A program made the position numbers and the translations under genes. Source: an uncultured virus (IMG/VR IMGVR_UViG_3300042898_001532) (taxonomy: Duplodnaviria; Heunggongvirae; Uroviricota; Caudoviricetes). Taken from it: a stretch of DNA of 20,000 nt. The notes beneath the pieces were generated by a model that did not search any database, was not told the DNA's origin, and saw only the letters and a list, made by a program, of their open reading frames with translations. Each line of letters starts with the position of its first letter. Positions within the stretch are counted from its first letter, which is position 1. Shown here piece by piece: positions 1 through 9,100 of the stretch. The stretch is from positions 57,668-77,667 of IMG/VR virus record IMGVR_UViG_3300042898_001532; one strand, written 5' to 3'.

Positions 1-39
1 TATAAAAAGAAAGAAGAATTTTCTAAATATATTAAATAA
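1..39 (+). CDS. Possible 3' end of an upstream gene (…YKKKEEFSKYIK*)
   Basis: Frame 1 is open from base 1 to TAA at 37-39 and points toward the hairpin at 91-108. It is too short to confirm. Confidence 0.25.
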   Translation, partial: YKKKEEFSKYIK

Positions 40-84
40 CTAAAAATAACTCATTCGTCTATTTTTTTAAGAAACACCTAAAAT

Positions 85-115
85 AAAAAAAACCCTCCGA
101 AGAGGGTTCTTTTTA
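85..115 (-). terminator. Rho-independent terminator with a cUUCGg tetraloop, probably bidirectional
   Basis: The minus strand reads AACCCTC-TTCG-GAGGGTT-TTTTTT (stem 91-97/102-108), just after the stop of 113..664. On the plus strand the stem is followed by CTTTTTATTTT. Confidence 0.9.
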
Positions 116-664
116 TTTTCTTTTTTTATTTGGTAGTGGTTTTAATGTTCCACCGAATATAGTATCACCTATTTTAATTTTAATGTCTTCAGTGACTAAA
201 GATTTATCTAAATATTCTTCTACTACTGATCTTACAACATCTTCTATTTCTTCTCTAACAATTTGTCTAATATTATCTACGTCAATATTCTTAGGTGTTG
301 TTTGTGTCATAGGTTTTTGTGTGGGTACACTTTCATTTACTAATTCCACAACATCATCCAACTCAAATGTATGGTAAGGTGTTTCAGGTATATGTATTGG
401 GTTGTCTATCATCGCTTGTTTTATAAAATCAGGCATTTTAGATTTTTCTAAATTCCTATATCTACCATTTTGTGGTGCAACACTATTAGTGGAAGTTTTT
501 TTATTCTTATTAATATAGTTTTCTGTTAAATTAGGTATTTCTTTTTCTTGGCTAGAAAACATATTTGCCCCGCCACTATTCATATTTGTGGAACCATGAT
601 TTTCTTCCGTCTTTTGCATTACCGCTTTAGACCTACTTAATATTTCTACTAATCTATTACTCAT
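113..664 (-). CDS. Hypothetical phage protein, 183 aa, with a C-terminal amphipathic acidic helix
   Basis: Last ORF of a tightly packed minus-strand operon. Contains IRQIVREEIEDVVRSVVEEYL. No recognised domain. Confidence 0.8.
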   Translation of the reverse strand: MSNRLVEILSRSKAVMQKTEENHGSTNMNSGGANMFSSQEKEIPNLTENYINKNKKTSTNSVAPQNGRYRNLEKSKMPDFIKQAMIDNPIHIPETPYHTFELDDVVELVNESVPTQKPMTQTTPKNIDVDNIRQIVREEIEDVVRSVVEEYLDKSLVTEDIKIKIGDTIFGGTLKPLPNKKRK

Positions 665-670
665 AACTTT

Positions 671-1039
671 TTAATCAAATTTAATTATATTATATATCTG
701 TATCATATCTTTATCACCGTTAGGATTGAATAAAGGTTTTGGTTCATAAAATTGACCCCCTAATTTTCTTAAACCATTCATCCTATCAACTCTAAACAAT
801 TTCCATCCTGGTTGTATTGTCTTAGTGTCACCACCTAACTGATAAACCCTTACCACATCATTACCCGCAGTAGATTTACCATAACAATAGATTTGTACCC
901 ATCTTTTACCTTTACCACCAGGATCCTCACCATCGTCATAATAAACTTCTGCGATGCGTTTACCATTCATACAATCCATAATTGTATTTCTTCCCGCAAC
1001 TTCAAGTATAAGACTTTTCGCTAAGTTGTAAAGAGTCAT
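671..1039 (-). CDS. Stand-alone WYL-domain-like protein, 122 aa
   Basis: The pattern 'EVYY…GKRWVQIYCYG…NDVVRVYQ…GWKLFRVDRM' matches the WYL layout (Y…R.V.P…(W/R).FRLDRI). There is no HTH or WCX domain. Confidence 0.7.
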   Translation of the reverse strand: MTLYNLAKSLILEVAGRNTIMDCMNGKRIAEVYYDDGEDPGGKGKRWVQIYCYGKSTAGNDVVRVYQLGGDTKTIQPGWKLFRVDRMNGLRKLGGQFYEPKPLFNPNGDKDMIQIYNIIKFD

Positions 1040-1050
1040 CTTTTATTTTA

Positions 1051-1407
1051 TTAGAATACGTTAGGTGTATCGTTATTGTTATTGATATAGTTTAAGTAAG
1101 TTTTGTTCGGTCCGTAACCTTTAGGTCCTAAAGTAGTATCGTATTTTGCTTCATTACTAGCAATTAGTTGATTTCTACCACTACCAGGATAAATAGGATT
1201 ACCTTTGATGTCGATTTCATTACCACCTTTGACTGTGTTTAACTGATCGCTATTACCACCAGTACCCCTACCTTTGTTGTCTCCATCAGATAATGCGTTA
1301 GGGTGTGTCTCACCATATTTTTTACCATCACTATTTAAATAAGTGTTTTTAATTACATTCTCAACTCTAAATTGATCCCCTAATTCCGATAATTTTGTTT
1401 TGTTCAT
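1051..1407 (-). CDS. Hypothetical Gly/Asn-rich protein, 118 aa
   Basis: Operon ORF with 5-11 bp spacing to its neighbours. Contains HPNALSDGDNKGRG. No recognised function. Confidence 0.75.
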   Translation of the reverse strand: MNKTKLSELGDQFRVENVIKNTYLNSDGKKYGETHPNALSDGDNKGRGTGGNSDQLNTVKGGNEIDIKGNPIYPGSGRNQLIASNEAKYDTTLGPKGYGPNKTYLNYINNNNDTPNVF

Positions 1408-1412
1408 AATTT

Positions 1413-1979
1413 TTATATTTTAGATTCGTATATTATTAAATTTTTAATTCTTTTAACCTCTTCTGTCATACCCATTGGTTCGTATATTGGTTTACCTCTT
1501 TTAATTTGTCCCGATATATCTTTCGCCATATTAGGTATTGAAAAAGTAGATTTATTTCTAATACTATTATTATTATCTTTTTCGTGATTTTTAATAAATT
1601 GATTAGTTAAACCAGTATCGTTTTTTATTTTCTTTGGTGCTTTTATCGCCTCCCTTTCTCTGTTTAAAGTACCATCTATCCAATTGTGCATTGTCTTACC
1701 ACCATGTAATTTATACTCAATATCGTTGTGATCACCGTCAAAGTTATCAAACCAACTTTTAATAGTTTTCATATGGTTATATTTTAAATTATTATCTTCT
1801 AAAATACTCTTCGCCCTTTTATAACCTTCAGTAGTATTATTAGATTTAATATTTTCTTTCTGTAAAGTTTCATACGTCTTAACTGCGTTACGTATTTCGT
1901 TAAGGGCGTAATCAGGTACTCTCCAAGATTTACCTTTTAATTTACTATTACCACCTTTATTCTCCTTTCTCTTCGCCAT
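1413..1979 (-). CDS. Hypothetical protein, 188 aa, possibly head-associated
   Basis: Overlaps the upstream ORF by 23 bp. Contains EGYKRAKSIL…MKTIKSWF…YKLHGG…W and a C-terminal EEVKRIKNLI helix. Confidence 0.75.
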   Translation of the reverse strand: MAKRKENKGGNSKLKGKSWRVPDYALNEIRNAVKTYETLQKENIKSNNTTEGYKRAKSILEDNNLKYNHMKTIKSWFDNFDGDHNDIEYKLHGGKTMHNWIDGTLNREREAIKAPKKIKNDTGLTNQFIKNHEKDNNNSIRNKSTFSIPNMAKDISGQIKRGKPIYEPMGMTEEVKRIKNLIIYESKI

Positions 1980-2853
1980 ATTTCAATTTGTCCCCGATAA
2001 GTTCTCTATATCTCTCATCCATACTATAAATATCTACATTACTAATAAGGTGATTTAAAACTATAGATAATTCATCACCTTTTAAATTTTCTTTCTTAAT
2101 TAAATCTAAAAGACTATTTAATTTACGAATAACCATAGGTTTTTCATGTACATCTTTTAATTCAGACACATCGGGTATTCTAATCTCATCACCCACAATA
2201 TCTTGTTCTCTCATTTTTTTTACAAAATCATTAGAAGAATTTTTTTTTCTCAACATAATTTCATCCACCAAAGACTTCATATTTTCCTCACCCTCAAATA
2301 AATCAAAATCAAATTTTGTGTCATAATCTAAAGAATGTCCTCTCCACTTATCTACAGGTAAATCATCATATATTGGATCGGCGGGTTTATTATACTGTGA
2401 TCTAATATCTCTATCCGATAACTTTCTAGAGTCTCTTATTTTTTTATCTTCAATATCTCTACCATATTTTTTTGTTGGTACTACATTTAATTCGTCATAG
2501 TAATCATTTTCTTCATTATCTAAATCTACGATATCACCATCAAAAACTTCAAACTCATTATAATTATCATCTTCGTCACCATAAACATCTAAATCAAACA
2601 TATCATCCTCTTCATTAACCACATAAGAGTAATTTACCCCGTAATAAGGTCCTCCATATATAAAATATGCTTCAGGTCCTTGTGTAGAATTTCGTACAAA
2701 GTCATCTGAAGTTTTTTTAGATTTGATATGGTTTCTATTTTGTACATAATTATTAGTCGCACTTATCATTGAACCATTTTTATTGACTAATTCTTGAATA
2801 CTATTAGATTTCATATATTTACTAATATCAGATTTCTTAAAAGTTTTTTTCAT
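1957..2853 (-). CDS. Hypothetical protein, 298 aa, with a strongly acidic central region
   Basis: First gene of the minus-strand operon, with ATATTTAT 17 nt upstream. D/E-rich tract EEDDMFDLDVYGDEDDNYNEFE…. Confidence 0.8.
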   Translation of the reverse strand: MKKTFKKSDISKYMKSNSIQELVNKNGSMISATNNYVQNRNHIKSKKTSDDFVRNSTQGPEAYFIYGGPYYGVNYSYVVNEEDDMFDLDVYGDEDDNYNEFEVFDGDIVDLDNEENDYYDELNVVPTKKYGRDIEDKKIRDSRKLSDRDIRSQYNKPADPIYDDLPVDKWRGHSLDYDTKFDFDLFEGEENMKSLVDEIMLRKKNSSNDFVKKMREQDIVGDEIRIPDVSELKDVHEKPMVIRKLNSLLDLIKKENLKGDELSIVLNHLISNVDIYSMDERYRELIGDKLKYGEEKGE

Positions 2854-2870
2854 AATAAAAGTTTTATTAT

Positions 2871-2899
2871 ATAAATATAACAGAAATCTAAATATTTAT
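2871..2899. promoter_or_regulatory. Divergent pair of ATATTTAT motifs (putative late promoters)
   Basis: The minus copy at 2871-2878 is 17 nt before ATG 2853. The plus copy at 2892-2899 is 14 nt before ATG 2914. Confidence 0.6.
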
Positions 2900-2913
2900 T
2901 TTAAAATGGAGAT

Positions 2914-3906
2914 ATGTCAATAAATAAATTTACTACATTACAAGATTTAGCAAGACAGGCAAAAATATTAAGTGGTGAAACTGCCACTTTTGATGGTAAG
3001 ATTCAGGTTGGCGTCCCATTCAGTGGGTATCCGACAGGTGTAGACACAGGAACAACAGTGTCTTTAGGTATTGTTTCTTCTGAAAATGCGGTATTTAGCG
3101 GTAATGTACTAACATCTATTTTTGATGTGTCTAACACTGGTTCAACAAACTATAGCCCCATATTTAGTGGATATTCTGGAAGTGTATGGACAAATACATT
3201 GTTTAGTGGTAACACATCAGGTTTAACATTACCTATCACACCATTAAGTGCGGATACACAAATAGTTGGACCTTTTTGGTATTTAACCCAAACAGGAATG
3301 ACGGGAGATTATGTTATCGGTACTCAATACACGGGATATAGTGTTACATATTCATTTTTTAATGTTACCCAAATAGGTACAGGATTAACATACTCAGGTT
3401 TTACATCCGCATCTCAAGAAAACTTTTCTGCCGGTACGTTAGATTATAAAGGTCCTTTAGATTACATTTCCTCAAAAGAAGATGCATCGGTAGAGGGAAG
3501 ATTAACTACAAATAATATAACTATTAGTAATGGGGCATCCGCATCTACGATAGGGTATGTTTTGACACAAACTAATGAAAATGGGGCAGGGGAATGGTTA
3601 CCCAATAGAAGAACTACTACAGTAAATGCCGTTACCAACCCGGTCGTTAATGATGTAGAGGTTGTGTTTTATGGTTCTTCTAGTTCAGGTGGGACAATAA
3701 CCTTTAATAGTGATATGATTGTATCGGGTAAAGAAGTAATATTAATTAGGGTATCGACAACTAATGTCGCCGGTATTGCGAGTGCAGGCGGGGCGTTGAT
3801 AAACGGTAGCGTGAATCCAGTTGCCCTACCCACCTCACTTTATTCCACAGTGTCCTGTATAAGTGATGGTACTAACTGGTACTGTAGTAGTGGAACAACA
3901 ATTTAA
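2914..3906 (+). CDS. Gly/Thr/Ser-rich virion structural (fibre-like) protein, 330 aa
   Basis: Composition typical of fibres, a 'GYVLTQTNENGAGEW' linker and a C-terminal 'SCISDGTNWY' motif common at the ends of phage fibre beta-sandwich domains. Confidence 0.65.
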   Translation: MSINKFTTLQDLARQAKILSGETATFDGKIQVGVPFSGYPTGVDTGTTVSLGIVSSENAVFSGNVLTSIFDVSNTGSTNYSPIFSGYSGSVWTNTLFSGNTSGLTLPITPLSADTQIVGPFWYLTQTGMTGDYVIGTQYTGYSVTYSFFNVTQIGTGLTYSGFTSASQENFSAGTLDYKGPLDYISSKEDASVEGRLTTNNITISNGASASTIGYVLTQTNENGAGEWLPNRRTTTVNAVTNPVVNDVEVVFYGSSSSGGTITFNSDMIVSGKEVILIRVSTTNVAGIASAGGALINGSVNPVALPTSLYSTVSCISDGTNWYCSSGTTI

Positions 3907-3908
3907 AT

Positions 3909-5558
3909 ATGAGTAACATATACCAACATAATTTCGACAATTGTATGAAAATGAGATTAAGTAATAGTGATTACTGGGACTTATTTCTTTGTAACAATTG
4001 TACAGATGAACAAAATAATAATCAAATATTAGATGATTGTATATTAGTAGATATCGATATTAACAACGATAATTCTTTTTCCGGCAATACATTATATAGT
4101 TTAACAACATGGACAGGTGCAACAATTAATGGTAGTGGTATAACTTTAAATGATATTGGGTTAACTGGAATTGATAATGGTTTTATTTTATATGATTGTA
4201 CAGGATCAACAAGTGGACAAACTTTCTTATCTGCGTTCACAGGATCAACCTTATCGTTAACATCCGGAGATACAAGATTCTCTATGTCTAGAGTTACTGG
4301 ATGTACTTATGAATACCCAATAGAAATATTATCAGGATTGACAGAAGGTAGATACGCTAATTTATGTGGTGGATTCTATCAAGGTTTCTTTAAGTTATCA
4401 GATAAAACATATTTCGAAGAAATAACAGATAATAAATTTACTTGGCCCTTAGAATGGTTTAATTGCCCACCTGTGTGTACAGGTGATACAACAGTACCAT
4501 CGGGACAAACATGTGACTTAAACCCTAATTTGGCGTACCAATGTTATAATGATGGAAAACCTATTCCTTACAACTACGAAATACTTCCTAAAAGATTAGG
4601 TGGTATGGGTGGTGAACTTAAAACGTGTTTAGATGGATGGACTGCCACATTTATGTTAAATAAAAGTTCTGAATCTTGTACGGGTAATACATTAAATAAT
4701 TTGTACCCTAATAATAAAGGTTTCTTCTTTTATATGGGTACTAGATCAGAAAATAAGTTTTGGGATTTATTTAGTGGTGAAACAGGGTATACAACCTCAT
4801 CAGGTTATCCTTTACCACCACCAAAAGTAACTACAACTGAATTAAATAATAACCCATTCTTAGTTTATCAACCCGCAGGATGTTGTTGTTTTACTGGGAT
4901 AACAACAGAAACAACACAAGAAAAAGATCGGAATATAGATTTGTTAGATAACGCATTAGGATTTTTAATTAAAGATGATGGTAGTATTGGTTTTAGGAGA
5001 GTAAATTTAACGAGTATATGTTCTGCAGTTACAGAAACTTATACCGTTGATTGTAACGAACAGTGTGGTTGTGGATGTAGTAGTGAAGATGGAATAAAGA
5101 CAGGTATTACTACAACCACAAAATATTTGACTGGTTTAACCATAAATGAATGTTACAGTGATATTAATTTAATTAATGAAGATGAATGGACACATGTCAC
5201 CATTAGATTTAAACCTTATGAATCATACGAAGATTGTAAATTAAATTTTATTCCTCAAAGGAAGGGAACATTAACAGTTTATATAAATGGTTTTCTTAAA
5301 TGGAAGTTAGATGATTTTGATGAATTTATTTTTAAAGAACTTGACGAACATAGAGAAAAACAACAGGGTGTACCGTTTAACTATAGTTTAGGTGGTGGTA
5401 CACAAGGGTTGATAGAAAGTAATACGGTAAATGGTCCAGATGTGAAAGATAGAAGTTTGTTTTTAGAACAAAATTTTAGTGGTACCTTTGAGGGGGGTAT
5501 TTCCACATTTAAACTTTATGGCTGTAGTTTAGATGTAACAACCATAAGAGATGAATAA
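3909..5558 (+). CDS. Cys-rich virion protein with a C-terminal LamG/concanavalin-A-like domain, 549 aa
   Basis: WTHVTIRF…LTVYINGFLK…SLGGG…FEGGISTFKLYGCSL fits the LamG_3 pattern (W.HV…lYvNG…iGg…F.G.I..f.iY..aL). About 24 Cys. Confidence 0.65.
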   Translation: MSNIYQHNFDNCMKMRLSNSDYWDLFLCNNCTDEQNNNQILDDCILVDIDINNDNSFSGNTLYSLTTWTGATINGSGITLNDIGLTGIDNGFILYDCTGSTSGQTFLSAFTGSTLSLTSGDTRFSMSRVTGCTYEYPIEILSGLTEGRYANLCGGFYQGFFKLSDKTYFEEITDNKFTWPLEWFNCPPVCTGDTTVPSGQTCDLNPNLAYQCYNDGKPIPYNYEILPKRLGGMGGELKTCLDGWTATFMLNKSSESCTGNTLNNLYPNNKGFFFYMGTRSENKFWDLFSGETGYTTSSGYPLPPPKVTTTELNNNPFLVYQPAGCCCFTGITTETTQEKDRNIDLLDNALGFLIKDDGSIGFRRVNLTSICSAVTETYTVDCNEQCGCGCSSEDGIKTGITTTTKYLTGLTINECYSDINLINEDEWTHVTIRFKPYESYEDCKLNFIPQRKGTLTVYINGFLKWKLDDFDEFIFKELDEHREKQQGVPFNYSLGGGTQGLIESNTVNGPDVKDRSLFLEQNFSGTFEGGISTFKLYGCSLDVTTIRDE

Positions 5559-5668
5559 GCAACTTATATTTCTAGTTTTGGTTTGGATACTTATGAGCCA
5601 CCTATTATTTTAGAGGAGGATATTCAACTAAATATTAAATAAGTCTGAGAAATATTTAATATTTTAAT

Positions 5669-5681
5669 ATATTTATAAATA
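5669..5681 (+). promoter_or_regulatory. ATATTTAT motif (within ATATTTATAAATA), putative late promoter
   Basis: ATATTTAT at 5669-5676 is 13 nt before ATG 5690. The same 16-mer ATATTTATAAATAAAA occurs at 18440. Confidence 0.6.
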
Positions 5682-5689
5682 AAATACAC

Positions 5690-6058
5690 ATGGAATTTTT
5701 TATAAACAAAAATAGTACATTACCAAAACTAAAAATGGAATTAGTTAATGACGGTAGAAATGATTTTCGTAATTTTTATGAAAAAATACAAAATGCTACT
5801 ATAACTTTTACTATGTATGATGTAGATACAAAAGTTAAAAGAATTGCATGTTCTGCATCGAATTTAGAAATGTTAATTTCTAATAACTGTGAAAATACAG
5901 AAACACCAACATATATAATATCTTACCAATTTACAGAATTACAAACTAGTAGAGTAGGTAGATATAATGGTTATTTTACCATAACGTTTTTAGATGGGAC
6001 AGGTACTCTAATTGCGCCGATTAGAGATGAACTTTATATTAATGTCCTAAATAATTGA
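5690..6058 (+). CDS. BppU-N-like (baseplate upper protein, Ig-like) structural protein, 122 aa
   Basis: The pattern F.I.K.STLP.L…ATITFTM…YQF…T.R.G.Y.G.F.ITF.DG…P…LYINV resembles BppU N-terminal domains. Confidence 0.55.
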   Translation: MEFFINKNSTLPKLKMELVNDGRNDFRNFYEKIQNATITFTMYDVDTKVKRIACSASNLEMLISNNCENTETPTYIISYQFTELQTSRVGRYNGYFTITFLDGTGTLIAPIRDELYINVLNN

Positions 6059-6085
6059 TAAATCAAAATATTTTTTTTATATTTG
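6055..6085 (+). promoter_or_regulatory. Bacteroidota-type housekeeping promoter upstream of the DNA polymerase
   Basis: TTG (6055-6057), then 20 nt, then TATATTTG (6078-6085). This matches the -33 TTTG / -7 TAnnTTTG consensus and its 19-21 nt spacing. Confidence 0.6.
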
Positions 6086-6111
6086 TATGCAAAATACAAT
6101 AACAAAATAAT

Positions 6112-9100
6112 ATGCCTGCATCCGTAGAAGAAATAAGAGAATATTTAGAAGGATATGATGAACAAAAATATATTGTGGGGATTGAATCTTCTTACAGAGA
6201 CAACAAAATTCATTTAATAGTTCACGACCCTGAGAATGGTAAATCTATTGAAAAACATAGACTTAAACCATTCCTATGGATGAAATCGCCAGATATGACT
6301 ATATTTTATGGTGGTGATAGGAGAACATTAAAAAGTAAAATGAGGGAATATAAAATTAAATTTATTCCTTTATCTACTGAAGATGAAAATGGTGAGAATG
6401 TTTCTCGTTTAGAAAACGGATATAAATTTTTAGTACAATGTAGAGGTACGTATGGTGACTTACTTAACTTCTTTAAAGAGGGGGGTATGGGTGTTTACGA
6501 TGAAGAATACAGAAGTAATTTCTTAGCGATAAGCCCTACAGAACAATTTTTAATACAAACAGGTAAAAGATTGTTTAAGGGTATGGAAGATTATAATGAA
6601 GTTCACAGACTTTCATTTGACTTAGAAACAACTGGTTTAGATCCTCACGTATGTAGAATATTTCAGATAGGTGTAAAAGACAATAGAGGATTTCAACACG
6701 TACTTTCAATAGACGGTAATGATGATGAATCCTTAGACGATAGAGAATCTGAGGCAATAGTCACATTTTTTAAAATTATTAATCACCTAAAACCATCAAT
6801 TATATCAGGTTATAACTCTGAAAACTTTGACTGGTATTTCTTTGTTGTTAGATGTGAGAAGTTAGGTATTAATATAGAAAAGATTGCAAAGACATTGGGT
6901 CCAATACCATTTTATAGAAAGAAACAAACACTTAAGATGGGACCTGAGATGGAATACTATGAACAAACACATATGTGGGGTTATAACATTATGGATGTTT
7001 ATCACGCAGTTCGTAGGGCACAGGCAATCAATTCGTCTATAAAACAGGCGGGTCTAAAATATATTACAAAATATTCTAATGCCGCCAAACCTAATCGAGT
7101 ATACGTACAAGGTGATAAAATAGGTAAAACATACGCAGATAAAGAAAATGATTACTGGTTAAATGAAGAAAATGGTGAGTGGGGTATAATAAAAGATAAT
7201 GTCTTACCTGAAGGTATTACTAAACTAAAAGGGTGTGATATCGTAGAAAGATATCTAATAGACGATTTATGGGAAACTGAAAAGGTAGATGATATCTTTA
7301 ATCAGGCAACATATCTTTTATCTAAGGTATTACCTACATCATTTATGAGATCATCCACTATGGGTACTGCGGCAACTTGGAAATTACTGATGTTGGGTTG
7401 GTATTATAAGAATGGTGTTGCAATCCCTCATACATTAGATAATAGAAGATTTATCGGTGGATTATCAAAACTATTAGAAGTAGGATATAGTCAAAATGTT
7501 GTTAAATTTGACTTTGCGTCACTATACCCATCAATTCAATTAACACATAATGTTTTTACTGATTGTGATGTTATGGGGGCAATGAGAGGATTATTACAAT
7601 ACAACTACGACTATCGTAACAAATATAAAGAACTTAAAAACGAATATGCGGAAAAGGGAGATAAAGAGAAATCAGAATATTACGATAAAAAACAATTACC
7701 ATTAAAGATTCTTAACAATGGTATGTTCGGTTCTATATCTGCACCAAACGTATTCCCATGGGGTGACACAGATATGGGTGAAAAAATTACTTGTAGTGCG
7801 AGACAATATCTTAGACATATGATACGTTTTTTCAATTCTAAGGGATTTAAACCGTTAGTAGGGGATTCAGTAACTTATGACACACCAATTTATGTTAGAT
7901 ATAAGACAGATAAACAATGTATTGATATAATACCAATATGTGACTTATTTAATGAAAATTCTGAATTTTTAGATAATGAGAAATTAAGAGACTTTGAAGA
8001 GAAACAATTTGAGGTTTTAACTCGTAATGGTTGGAAGGAAATAAAATATGTATATCGTCATGAAACTGATAAAAATATTCATAGAATAACTACTAAGGAT
8101 AGGTTGTTAAATGTTACTGAGGATCATTCATTATTTCAAAATGGTATAGAGATAAAACCTTCTTCATTAAAAAGAACAGATAAAATCGATATTTATGAAT
8201 TACCATTCAATAATGATCCAACAATAGAAATAAATGAGGAAGTAGCATTTTTATATGGTTTTTTCTTAGGTGATGGTTCATCTATATGTTCGAGTAGAAA
8301 ACAAAAATATAAATCACGTAAAACGGGTATAGTAAATTATAATAAAGGAAAAATAAGTGATTGGAAAATTTCTAATACGAGAATAGAATTATTAGAAAAA
8401 CTACAACAAATTCTAAAAAATGAATTCTCAATAGAAGGAATTATTAAAGATCACACGAAATCATCGGGAGTATATAATTTAGTGGTTCATAATAGTGTAT
8501 TTACTAAAACTTTTTGTGAAAACTTTTACACTTCTTATAGAGAAAAGAAAATTCCAATGATAATATTGAATTCTACAAAAGAAATAAAAATGTCATTTAT
8601 AAATGGTGTTTTTAACTCTGATGGTTACGGTGATACTATTGAAACGTGTTCAGATATAGGTATGAAGTCACAAGTGGTAATGTCAGGAATTTCATTACTT
8701 TTAAAAGAATTAGATATCGAATATAAAATTAAAACCAGAAAAGATAAACAAAATTTTATTAATTTTAATCTAAAGAATGGTAATCGTAATAATTCATCTT
8801 TCATTAATAAAACTAAAAAGAAAAGTGATGAAGTATGGAAAAATGAAACTATTATAAATAAAGATAAAAATAATTATGTTTACGACATTTCAACAGAAGA
8901 CGGAACTTTTGTTTGTGGAATAGGTGGGATTATTGCACACAATACCGATGGATTTAACTTCTCAGTACCTAAAGATGTGGATAAATATGTTTATACTTCT
9001 AATGGTAACCATAGATTTAATAAGTTAGGTAAAACCTATAAAGGTATGGGTGCGGTTGTCGCAGAATATAATGACAAATATATGAAGGGTGTTATGGGGT

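Noticed and set aside
183..377. 64-aa plus-strand ORF
   Set aside because: Antisense shadow of 113..664, with Ser/Thr-rich composition typical of reverse-frame artefacts.
4022..4240. 72-aa minus-strand ORF
   Set aside because: Lies wholly antisense within the 549-aa structural gene and has no independent signals.
5551..5613. 20-aa hydrophobic ORF MNKQLIFLVLVWILMSHLLF (possible small membrane or lysis peptide)
   Set aside because: Its hydrophobicity is what a frame-shifted reading of T-ending codons produces, so the in-frame extension of the upstream gene explains the region better. Not fully excluded.
6575..6757. 60-aa minus-strand ORF
   Set aside because: Antisense to the conserved exonuclease domain of polB.
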